From Octopus sinensis (lineage: Eukaryota), in assembly GCF_006345805.1 (NCBI RefSeq), contig NC_043005.1, positions 81,220,001 to 81,284,000 on the forward strand: a stretch of 64,000 nt of DNA, given 5' to 3'. Below are positions 1 to 12,964 of this stretch, piece after piece (positions within the stretch are counted from its first letter, which is position 1; every line of letters starts with the position of its first letter). Position numbers and translations under genes: made by a program. The notes beneath the pieces were generated by a model. The model was given only the letters and a program-made list of their open reading frames with translations. It ran no database searches and had not been told where the DNA came from.

Positions 1-282
1 CGAATTCTACCCGTTAAAAAAGAATCTGAAATAACAACCTAATGAGAATTTCTAAGACGGACACAGGTCCTCAAAGACGACTCTATAACTGAAAAGAATA
101 TGGACGTAACTGAAACCGTTCAGGTTTTATCACAAGGTCTATTAGTATTTCCAACCGTTATCCAAAGATATGCATATGCGTAGGTTACTTCGTGGTTTCA
201 GGTTCAATCACAATGTGTGCTTTCACAAATGTTTTCCACCATATTCTCTGGTCGACCGAGCAGTAAATACATACCACCACCA

Positions 283-330
<48 letters not shown>

Positions 331-407
331 AAAGAAATCACGTATACATCCAGTCCGACTTCAATAAGCGGTATAGACGCCACAATGCATCTCAAGATGA
401 TGCCACC

Positions 408-860
408 AATTTTGGCAAAATCCTTTTAGACTTAACCGACAAGCATTCCCCACCCCTAGAAGTAGGATTATTTTAAACACGTATAACTTCAAGATTTGTT
501 CTAGTTTCACCTCTAATTTGAAAAATATAATTTTAGATATAGACAAGCCATAAAGAGAAGATTACCGTTCTTGCTGCAACAAAGATCTATGACCCTCCAA
601 ATACAGCCTGTATGAACAAGACCATCATATACGAAATATCAGTGAGAACGATTAATGCAGACACCACAAACTCTACCGGGAGATACATAACAGCTGTATG
701 AGGGAGAAAATTATCAATAAATGACAAGATTTCAAGTATTCTTTTTTAAATATCAGGTTAAAATAACAATTTGTGGATTAAGTTTCCGAGAACGACGCAG
801 AATAATAATGATTCGTAGGAATATGAAAAGATTCGTCTAAACTTGGCAGCAAGAGACCAC
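408..860 (+). pseudogene. Decayed Penelope-like element, RT-to-GIY-YIG linker and endonuclease start (second copy ~1299-1751)
   Basis: Frameshifted peptides NFGKILLDLTDKHSP / ILNTYNFKICSSFTSNLKNII / ACMNKTIIYEISVRT...RYITA resemble the Penelope pattern NIGKxFLxLIDKHFP..FNRNxxKISYSC..N.KNII..C..KSIIY..YIG. Confidence 0.6.
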
Positions 861-1027
861 TTCATGTAAATATCATATTCTTCCTCCAGGATATACTGCT
901 CTGAAGAATATTACTTAAATTATTTGATGCTTTTCGATTAATTTTAATACAGCTGAGGACTCAATGATTTCTTTGGTCATTAGCATTTTATCTTTAGTGC
1001 AAATTAAAAATGTGAATTGAAATAACA

Positions 1028-1215
1028 GCGTAGGAGTGGCTGTGTGGTAAGTACCTAGCTTACCAACCACATGGTTCAGGGTTCAGTCCCACTGCGTGGT
1101 ACCTTGAGCAAGTGTCTTCTACTATAACTTGGGCCTACCAATCCTTGTGAGTGGACTTGGTAGACGAAAACGGAAAGAAGTCCGTCGTATATATGTATAT
1201 ATATATATATATATA
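1028..1215 (+). mobile_element. SINE family B, 5' half (tRNA head plus CORE-like domain); duplicate at ~1919-2150
   Basis: GTAGGAGTGGCTGTGTGG (A box), GGTTCAGTCCC (B box), ACCTTGAGCAAGTGTCTT core-like motif, ending in (AT)n. Confidence 0.85.
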
Positions 1216-2089
1216 TATTATAAAGAAATCACGTATACATCCAGTCCGACTTCAATAAGCGGTATAGACGCCACAATGCATCTCAAGATGATGCCACCAA
1301 TTTTGGCAAAATCCTTTTAGACTTAACCGACAAGCATTCCCCACCCCTAGAAGTAGGATTATTTTAAACACGTATAACTTCAAGATTTGTTCTAGTTTCA
1401 CCTCTAATTTGAAAAATATAATTTTAGATATAGACAAGCCATAAAGAGAAGATTACCGTTCTTGCTGCAACAAAGATCTATGACCCTCCAAATACAGCCT
1501 GTATGAACAAGACCATCATATACGAAATATCAGTGAGAACGATTAATGCAGACACCACAAACTCTACCGGGAGATACATAACAGCTGTATGAGGGAGAAA
1601 ATTATCAATAAATGACAAGATTTCAAGTATTCTTTTTTAAATATCAGGTTAAAATAACAATTTGTGGATTAAGTTTCCGAGAACGACGCAGAATAATAAT
1701 GATTCGTAGGAATATGAAAAGATTCGTCTAAACTTGGCAGCAAGAGACCACTTCATGTAAATATCATATTCTTCCTCCAGGATATACTGCTCTGAAGAAT
1801 ATTACTTAAATTATTTGATGCTTTTCGATTAATTTTAATACAGCTGAGGACTCAATGATTTCTTTGGTCATTAGCATTTTATCTTTAGTGCAAATTAAAA
1901 AATGTGAATTGAAATAACAGCGTAGGAGTGGCTGTGTGGTAAGTACCTAGCTTACCAACCACATGGTTCAGGGTTCAGTCCCACTGCGTGGTACCTTGAG
2001 CAAGTGTCTTCTACTATAACTTTGGGCCTACCAAATCCTTGTGAGTGGACTTGGTAGACGAAAACGGAAAGAAGTCCGTCGTATATATG

Positions 2090-2144
<55 letters not shown>

Positions 2145-2384
2145 TTGTGTGTCTGTGTTTGTCTGCCAACATTGCTAATCAGTCCTAATCACGACATCGG
2201 TTCGTCTTGAAGTTCCTCATCATTTACATGGAGTGGACAGGTCTAACATGAATTGAAGTGCTTTGCTGAAAAACACAACGAGCCACCCAGTTCTAGAATC
2301 GAAACTACGATGTTTGAGATCGTGAGTACAACATCCATACGCTTTGAATGTCTTGACAGTCGTTGGCAGTCACATTTTGTGGTT

Positions 2385-2865
2385 GATATCATCTAGAAAG
2401 TTACCATCCGAGGCGCAAGTCTGGGCAAGGTTGTTTACGGAAGGCCAGCAGTCGCCCACACATACCAGCCTCCCCTCTCCACGCCACAGGTGTTATCCAA
2501 GGGAAAGGCAAAGACTGATACAGCTTGGCATCAGTGACGTCGCAGTTCATTTATTAACGTGCAAGTGGTTGAGCACTCCACAGACACGTGTATCCTTAAC
2601 TTAGTTCTCCGGGAGATTCAGCGTGACACAGAGTGTGACAAGGCCGGCCCTTTGAAATACAGATACAACAGAAGCAGAAAGAAAGAGTGAGAGAAAGTTG
2701 TGGTGAAAGCGTACATCAGTGTTCACCACCACCCCCTGCCTGAACCTCACGGAGCTTTAGGTGTCTTCACTCAATAAACATTTACAATGCACGGTCTGAG
2801 AATCGAAACCGCCGTCCTACGACTACTAGTCCGCTGCCCTAACCACTGGGCCATTGCGCCTCCAC
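2385..2865 (-). mobile_element. SINE family C with tail type 1
   Basis: Minus strand begins GTGGAGGCGCAATGGCCCAGTGGTTAGGGCAGCGGAC...GGTTTCGATTC; body shared with copies at 53.0, 59.6 and 62.9 kb. Confidence 0.85.
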
Positions 2866-3239
2866 TGGCAGTCACATAATAAGGCACCTTTATAACTGAT
2901 ACACAGGATTGCACAAGTGATTTTTTTTTGTGTGTGTGAATCTCTTGTATTGAATGAAAATTGAATTGCTAGTCAGAATTCTTTCCGAATTTCATCGAAA
3001 TCTTTTTATTGCTAAAATGCTTTTACATTCTATTTTCGAGTTTTGAAATCTTAAGCTCACTTTTGTTGCTGTTACGGTGTTTCACTCGAGGCAATCACCG
3101 ATATTGGTTTCGTCTGGAAGCATTATTTTCAATACATTCAACGCAATTCCCAATGCAGTCACAATTCACAGATTTATGCAGGTTACTCTGTTTTGCAGTT
3201 TTCAATATTCGTCTAAAAATTCTGCCCTTACAAAAGAAA

Positions 3240-3760
3240 TAACTTGCTATATCTTGGCCTTTACATTGAAACAAAATATATTTACCACCTCCTCAACCCA
3301 CTAGCTATTGAGCTAGTCAAATCATTTTCTCCGATTACTAACAAGCTTTTTTCTATGTCTCAACCTTTGATACTATGGACTTCGTGCAAACTATCACAAA
3401 GGTCATCACTTACATTCTATCTAAGTCAGCCTTCTCCCTCCCTCTCACCTTCCACCTCTACTAGTATCACTTCTCTCATTATTAATCCTAATCCTGAAAT
3501 CTATTTTCTCATCCCCCTAATACCTATCCAAAAAAACCCAACTCCCCTTCCTAACTCAGTTCCCCGCAAAATCATTCCATCTCTAAACTCCATCCTGTGA
3601 ACACTTCAAATGTGAAATTCTTCAATGTAAAATTCTCCCCTGAAGACGGAGGCGGTGTTATCCAAGTAACTATCATTATTCCGAACGGCCAAGTCTCCAG
3701 AAACATCTGTTGGACTCGTACAATTCTACGCATTTAACTCCTGATATCATTTATATTCTG
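3240..3760 (+). mobile_element. Probable Penelope-like element 3' region (C/T-rich strand) ending in a hammerhead-like motif
   Basis: G-poor, pyrimidine-rich strand followed by CTGAAGA...GAAAC; peptide ETKYIYHLLNP weakly resembles a GIY-YIG C-terminus. Confidence 0.45.
3633..3716 (+). ncRNA. Degenerate type I hammerhead ribozyme motif
   Basis: CTGAAGA 3640-3646; stem II GGAGGC/GTCTCC; GAAAC 3700-3704; minimal stem III AC-ATCT-GT with GTT triplet 3709-3711. Confidence 0.5.
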
Positions 3761-4154
3761 AAAATCTGACTACTTTATATTTTATATCCATATATATTTA
3801 CATTTATTTTTTCTATTAAATGTAGTTAATATTCTGTGTAAATCGACTTGCCTAACTTGCTTCCCATTACATTTACTGATACATATATGCATATTCACTC
3901 ACTCACTCACTCACTCCACCCCACATGCAAGAGCTTGAAAGGAATGTTGTCCGGTCACTTAGAATAAAGAACTCAAAGATATTTTTCCATAACCGCAAGT
4001 CTGATTAAATATATCGCTTCGCCCGAGAACGATACAAAATATATTTTCTTGGACTTACGTTCATAAGTGAAATATCTATTTGCAAATACGCACACACACA
4101 CACACACACAAGCATGAATGCACGCACCTGCACACATACACATACATGCATATT

Positions 4155-4189
<35 letters not shown>

Positions 4190-4727
4190 ATGTATTTATG
4201 TGTGTACTTATGTGTATATGCATACAACAGACAGCTAATGATGAAAGAACGTATTTGATATCCTTCCTGTCTGTAAATATTTTGTGGTCTCTTTGTTCTT
4301 CGTTCGCTTTCATCCTTTTAGGGTTCAACTAGTTAAGGTGTTCTTCGTTCTGCTTTTTATGTAGAGTGTCCATAAATTATCTAGCATCTTTATGACTTCC
4401 ACAATTTATTCTAGAGATGTGATGCAATGCATCTAACGAAACCGACGTGGATGTGTTCTGATGTTTCTAATAAAACTTTCTTTCCTTGCCTATGATTTCC
4501 AATAAACTGTCTTGAGTTGTATTTTTCTTTTCTTTTTTTCTGAACTTTCCAAATTGTAAAGTTAAATTACAGACACACTATATCGTTCCAGTGGTTGATA
4601 TTTCGAGACATTCCTTTCTTAGGAATCTAATTGCGGCTCTGATAATCCTTGTGTAAGTGTTCTAGTTTAGGGAGGTTCTTTAGGATACATAAATACATAT
4701 TTGTAAATTTATGTGAATGTGTGTATG

Positions 4728-4785
<58 letters not shown>

Positions 4786-4794
4786 GTATATATA

Positions 4795-5175
4795 GCGGCG
4801 AGCTGGCAGAATCGTTAGCACGTCGGGCGAAATGCTTAGCGGTATTTCGTCTGCCGTTACGTTCTGAGTTCAAATTCCGCCGAGGTCGACTTTGCCTTTC
4901 GTCCTTTCGGGGTCAATAAATTAAGTACCAGTTACGCACTGGGCTCGATATAATCGACTTAATACCTATGTCTGTCCGTGTTTGTCCCCTCTATATTTAG
5001 CCCCTTGTGGGTAATAAGGAAATAGGTATTTCGTCTGCCGCTACGTTCTGAGTTCGAATTCCGCCGAGGTCGACTTTGCCTTTCATCCTTTCGATAATTA
5101 AGTACCAGTTATGCACTGGGGTCGATGTAATCGACTGAATCCATTTGTTTAGCCCCTTGTGGGCAATAAAGAAAT
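4795..5175 (+). mobile_element. SINE family A, dimeric copy (full unit plus headless second unit)
   Basis: GCGGCGAGCTGGCAGAATCGTTAGC head; GTCGACTTTGCCTTTCATCCTTTCG..TAAATTAAGTACCAG central domain twice; junction AAATAG|GTATTTCGTCTGCCG near 5021-5040. Confidence 0.9.
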
Positions 5176-5194
5176 AATATACTCATACACGCAC

Positions 5195-5234
<40 letters not shown>

Positions 5235-6813
5235 TCCACCCCCACACATCTCACTCTCACATACACTACCCCTACCGCCAAACATACACTCCACTCATCA
5301 ATACCCACACCACCACACCGCAACACACCAATCCACCACACGCCATCACCGACACATCATTATCCACATACCCACACATTATAGACGCACACACACATGC
5401 ACATATTCACACGTCAAAGTCACCAGACTCTATCCACATGCACACACTTACACACTGTCACATACACACACGCACGCGTACCTTTATTTTGGGATCACCA
5501 GTACTAGAGCTAGGAAGAAGGGATCCCCTTCTTCCTAGCTCTGCTGTCCAACTACTTTTTTCCAACCAGTCGCCATGACTGACCGCTAAATCCACCCGTT
5601 GTTTGTTATTCTCTTTCTGTTTATCCCCTCGCGTTCCTTTCGCGTAGGCGCGAAAATTAGCAATCTTTCTCAGCTTCCCGAGCGTCAATCTAATACATTT
5701 GCTTGTTGTTTACACACCTCACTTCGTCATTTGTTTCTCTGTAAACTTCAACAATGTATAAATATATATATACATCTGAAAAATTTAATCGAAAGTTCTA
5801 AGACAAAGGGGAAAACCCGTCTTCCGAAAAAGATTAGTAATATCCTGATAATTGACTTAATATTTTCGTTTTCAAAAAATAATTTAAAAACAAAATCTCA
5901 TTTGTACTTAAAAACTGTATTAAGACATTTCAGAAATGCTTTCATATACATATACTTGTTAGTATGCCACAGAACTTCCCAAATCTAGGTACAAATATTT
6001 AATAAATGACCAGACCTAATTAAGTTAAATTTTAAAAATATGTAAACAAAAGTCAGCGATCTTAACAGACTATGAACCCACAAACACATTCCACTCAACA
6101 AGAATGAAGAATAAACAGAATAGAAAGATATAAAAATTATATCAAACATAACATATGCGCATTGTCATCATCAGCTGTACAAATGGATATCACTATGATT
6201 TCGACACCTGAGTAGTACCATTCAGTCTAAAGTTGTTCACAACGGTGTATGTGTGTGTGTATGCTTGTGTGTGTAAGTGTGAGTTTGTGCGTGTTAGTGC
6301 GTGTTTGTGTAATAAGAAAGGCCATCTCTCTGAAAGCAGAATTATAAAATTTTAAACTTAAGTACTGTAGTTCTATACTTGTGCAGAAATACAGTATTTG
6401 CACTGCGAAATATTTATGTCCCGACAAAAGCTAAGAAATATTTCAATATTTATATATAAACTGAACGCACAAAATATATACTTGCGTGGGTGGGTAGATT
6501 GAGAGAAAGAAGCAGAAAGAGAGAAAGTGTGAGAGAATATGAGAGCGAGAGACAGTGAAAGAGATAAGAGAGAGAGACAAAGAGAACTGTGAGTTAGTGA
6601 GAAGAGAAAACCCACCGGTTGATTCATTTAACTGGTAATGGATATTCATACCATAAATTACTCTTGTTTTTGACTTTACAAGCTTACGGATGTTTTTACT
6701 TTTCCGCAATGTACATAGATATATACATATATTTATACAAACAGACACACTCACAAACACATACACACGTGCAGATACACAAGCACACACACAGACGTAT
6801 ACACGTGTATTTG

Positions 6814-8389
6814 CATGAGGGTCTAAGTCGAAAATTATACGCAGTTTTGTTTCAGCAAATTATTAAAACAAAAGCAAAAGTTAAAGAATTACATCTTTTG
6901 TCGACATGGTGTTTTTGCTTTTCGTTGCACTACCTCCAGCGGTCTGCAAGTTCGCTTATTCCATTGGAAATGAAAGCTTTCGGCTACCCATGCAGCCAGT
7001 TATGCTTCACTTCCTGCACCTCGTCTGTAATAAATTGATGACGTTGTAAAGGATGTTTAAGCGGACCAAAGAGGTGATGGTCAAAATGAGCGAATTCTGG
7101 ACTATATGCTGGGTGTTCAGCTATTCGAAACTCAATTTTCAATGCTTTGAACCGCTTGGGCGTGTATTTTCGTGTATTGCCCTGAAACAATAACAGTTGC
7201 TTTGACAAGAGACCTCGTGGTTTGGTGCAAATTACTGGCTTCAGTTTGTTAGCAAGCATTTCCGTTTGGACTACACCGGTGATTCTAGAACCATTTTGAA
7301 AGGTGTGGAGGCGCTTGTTTCAGTCGTTAGAGTTTTGGACTCGTGATTGCAAGATTGTGGTTTTGATTTTTTATTGGGTGACGCGTTGTGTTCTTGAGCT
7401 AATCATTTCATTTCACGTTGCTACAGCTCTCTTAGCTGACAAAATGAGTACTGCTGCGACGGACCGGTGTCCCGTCCAGGCGGGGGATATAAACGCCATT
7501 GAAACTGTGAAACGGGCCCTTATGAGTCGGTATGACTCGAGAAAGTAACCTTTCCTTTTACCTTTCCAAGGTAATTTTATAGCCGAGGCCACGATGTGTT
7601 CCCTAAAACGGTTAATATTTACTTTTTCTCCGGAAGGTTGACTTTTGAATATCTTATTCGCAGGTGATTTCGGGTGTTTCCACTTCATACTCTGCTTTTG
7701 AATTTTGTATCAATGTGATATACCCCAAGGTCATATTTGCTGTGGCCATTCTCTTAAATATTGCTCAGCCTTCGTCTTTGTAGCGATCGATCAAGCATTG
7801 ACACATCTCCAAATGATTGTATTTATGCGCTTCTGTATGCTCTCTTGGCACCCATCTCACTCAAAATCTTTGGAAGCGGAGTTTGGCACGAATGTTTCTT
7901 TCTTATGGTCGAATCTTAACCAAGTAGCTGAGAACATATCACTACATGAATGGTCACTCGTCGGTTGCCGAAACCTATCACTCGAGCTTGTTAAATTTTC
8001 ACATCCATGGTGGAGGTTGATGGCCGTCCGTCTCCTCTACCACTTCATGTTTCACACTTATCCGGCCATTTAAAAACTTCTCGATCCACTCACACACACT
8101 TAGACGCAGGTGAGCGCTGTTTCCGTATTGTATTGAAAGTGTGCGTTGAATTTCAACCCTTGACACACCATCACACCAAAGAAATCGGATCACTAATATT
8201 TGTTCTTCCTTGCTGCACTCCCATTGAAGGGGACATATTTATTCTGAAAGAAGTAAAATCGATCAAGATCAAACCTCGGTTACATAACTGCATGAGTACC
8301 ACCCTCTAGCATGCGGGCGCCGAAGGCAGTGCGAACACGTGGAGGAAAGTTTTGGCGAACGTGTGAATAATTTTTGAATGTCCCTAGTA
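6814..8389 (-). mobile_element. Complete but inactivated mariner transposon (~1.3 kb plus SINE insert)
   Basis: Minus-strand peptides IRFLWCDGVSRVEIQRTLSIQYG, KWKHPKSP..KSQPSGEKV, LANKLKPVICTKPRGLLSK, EHPAYSPEFAHFDHHLFGPLK; degenerate TIRs (GAGGGTCTAAGTCGAAAATTATAC vs TACTAGGGACATTCAAAAATTATTC); many stops and frameshifts. Confidence 0.9.
7304..7560 (+). mobile_element. Old family C-type SINE inserted in the mariner transposase
   Basis: GTGGAGGCGC.. head and GCGACGGACCGGTGTCCCGTCCAGG tail as at 62.9 kb; the transposase reading resumes on both sides. Confidence 0.8.
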
Positions 8390-9102
8390 TTTGTGTGTGA
8401 CTGTGGAAACTTGCATTCTTGTTTCATTACCTTATTGTGATTTTATGGGCATCAGTCATACGATTGTTTCTATTCAGGAGCTAAAACATGATTGATCCTT
8501 GTATATAATTGTATCGAACCCAGAAGCAATAAAGTCTAAGTGGACCTCAGGTGGGATTCCTTTCATGTAGGCGATATAAAATAACACAACGCACGATTTT
8601 GCCTGATTTACTATCGAATCTTCTAACCGTCCACCACAGGAATATTAGTAATATTGTTGACGATCTTTGCCTCTGTATTTGTTTTCGTAGTTGTCTCATT
8701 TGATTTTCATTCCTCCCGGCACAGTTAATTAAATTGCATTTATGCATTAAGGTACTGTTGATTCAATTGACGTTGTAATTCCCTGAAAAGGCCATTGTCT
8801 TATAACATTGTAAGACATAATGATGATTAAGCAATGAATTTAAGTACCGCAGAGATTTAAGTGAATTTATCCATAGCGAAACCTTCAATAACAATTGGAT
8901 TTCGTCTTTCGCCACTTCACTTTGTATTATTGCGCAGAGTCAGAGCTGCAACGGCTCAAATGTATTGCACAGTTTGATTTCGGTGTTTAAATAATATAAG
9001 GTTAAAAGTTTCCTTTAATATCCTGTAAGGCTTCTAAGTAAATCCCAGACCAGCTTTAGGCTTGTTGCAACTTATTGTATTGTAAAAATATTTCTTGTTA
9101 TA

Positions 9103-9257
9103 GGCGCAGGAGTGGCTGTGTGGTAAGTTGCTTGCTTACAAACCACATGGTTCCGGATTCATTCCCACTGCGTAACTACTTGGGCAAGTGTCTTCTACTA
9201 TAGCCTCGGGCCGACCAAAGCCTTATGAGTGGATTTGGTAGAAAGAAACCCGTCGTC

Positions 9258-9288
<31 letters not shown>

Positions 9289-9531
9289 AATTGTGTGTGT
9301 GTGTGTGTTTGTGTTTGTATGTGTGTATCTGTGAGTGTTTGTGTGTCTGTCCCCTCACCATCACTTGACAAGCGATGCTAGTGTGTTAACGTCCCCGTAA
9401 CATAGCGTTTCGGCAAAAGATACCGATAGAATAAGTACTAGGCTTACAAAGTATAAGTCCTATGATGGATTTGTTCGACTAAAGGCGGTGCTCCATATGA
9501 CCGCAGTCAAATGACTGCAACAAATATAAAA
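9103..9531 (+). mobile_element. SINE family B, full length (tRNA head, core, internal TA/TG microsatellite, second half)
   Basis: GGCGCAGGAGTGGCTGTGTGG start; colinear with the minus-strand copy at 36918-37318. Confidence 0.9.
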
Positions 9532-9584
9532 GTAGCAATTTCGCAACAACTTTTTATGAATTTAAATACTCGGTAGCAACAGAA

Positions 9585-10036
9585 TTCTTTTTAATTTTTG
9601 CACGAGGCTGGCAAATTTCAGGAAACGGATTAGTCGATTGCCTGATTGCGAAGCACACCACTAGTGCTTTATTTTCTCGACCCCAAAAGCATGAAAGGAA
9701 AAGTCGACCTTGGCGGGATTTGAAAATAAGAACACAAAGAGCAGAGAGAAATGCCGCCAATCATTTTGTCCCATGCGCTAACAATTCTGTCATCTCATCA
9801 TTTTACTGAGCAAAAACATAATTCTTTTTGATTTTGGGACAAGGCCAACACATTTGGAGGCAGGGCCTCAATCGATTACACCGTAGCTGTATTTGGCAGG
9901 AATCTATTTTATCTCTGAAAAGGATTAGTTAAAAGACAAAGTTCAATGAAGCAGGATTGGAACGTGGAAGGCAAAGAGCCCAAGGAAATGAGGTTATGCA
10001 TTTTGTCCGATGCACTAACGATTCTGCCAGCTCGTT
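9585..10036 (-). mobile_element. Two degenerate SINE family A copies (9585-9797, 9825-10036)
   Basis: GAAAGGAAAAGTCGACCTTGGCGGGATTTGAA and CTAACGATTCTGCCAGCTCG match the reverse complement of family A. Confidence 0.75.
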
Positions 10037-10779
10037 GCTTTAATCAGTAAAAGCCTATTGCATTACAACTGCTGTGGCTTGCTACAAATGCAGCATAGCA
10101 ATATACTCGATGTTGTCCTTACGAAAGTCATACACATTAAGTAAAGAACAATATTAAATACCCTACCCTTTCATTTCTAATGATAGTATGATATAGATTC
10201 AAAGTGATTAAACTACTATATCTAGCAGGTCAAAACGACCAACCAACAATTCGCATGTCTCGTTTATTTAGTACTACTGCTTTGTGAGCTCAAATCGAAA
10301 CCTAACCGCTCCCGATTTATATATCCCCCGGGGATAAAAATAATATTTTAGTGGGGTAGCAATTCAATCTGTTATGCCAGTCTCCGTGTAAATTTCTATT
10401 CTTCTGCTAATATGGAAAAACAAAACATAAAACATATACACAATCAATGTCATTTATCGTGTATTTGATATGAGGAATCTCTCTTATTGTTTGTGATCTT
10501 AATGTGATATTAATGTTCTGCTACAGGCAATACATCATATCCCCAGGGTAACATACGGTTTTGATTCAGTGAATCATTCATTCATGTGTACATACATACA
10601 TACACACATGCATATATACACACACATGCATATGCTTATACGATGTTTGAGCATATATATATACATATATGTATACATACAAATATGCATGTGTGTAAAT
10701 GTGTGCATGTTCGTATATATGCAGGTGTACATGTCCACACACGTAAAATGCATGCGCTCAATCTGACATACAAACACGC

Positions 10780-12450
<1,671 letters not shown>

Positions 12451-12964
12451 GTCTATGTAGGGCGTATTAATAGATTGGCTCTCCTACCGAGAGAAAAGCA
12501 TGTTTGATAATTCGGATGTGATGATAATGATTTGTAAATCACGCCAGGCATTTGAATTTTTTCCTTTGTTTTTTTTTTATTGAGCGATAAGTAACTCCTC
12601 TGTCGTGGCTCATGTATTAATGTTAGTATTCAGCTTTGTGATGTTGGCTGTGGTAAGGAGTTTACATCAAGATAAATGGCTATGTGCATGCAACCTTGTC
12701 TGGTTAGAAATATGTCATAATTGATACATCTTGCATTATATATGTATGTATATATGTATGTATGTATGTGTGTATGTCAGTATTCAGTTTATTTCCGGAT
12801 TTCTTGTCAATAGAGAAAGAACCGGTTTCTAGACTTCATTGGAATTTCTACATCAACATCAGGTTATTTTTATTTGTATGTATGTATGCATGCGCAGATT
12901 TATGTTTTATGTATGTATTTTGATGTATATAGTTACATATATATATATATATACTCATATATAT

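Larger units (their letters stand above)
331..2110 (+). repeat. Near-identical tandem duplication, unit ~891 bp (331-1221 / 1222-2110)
   Basis: AAAGAAATCACGTATACATCC starts at 331 and 1222; copies are colinear up to the (AT)n run and differ mainly by homopolymer length. Confidence 0.95.
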
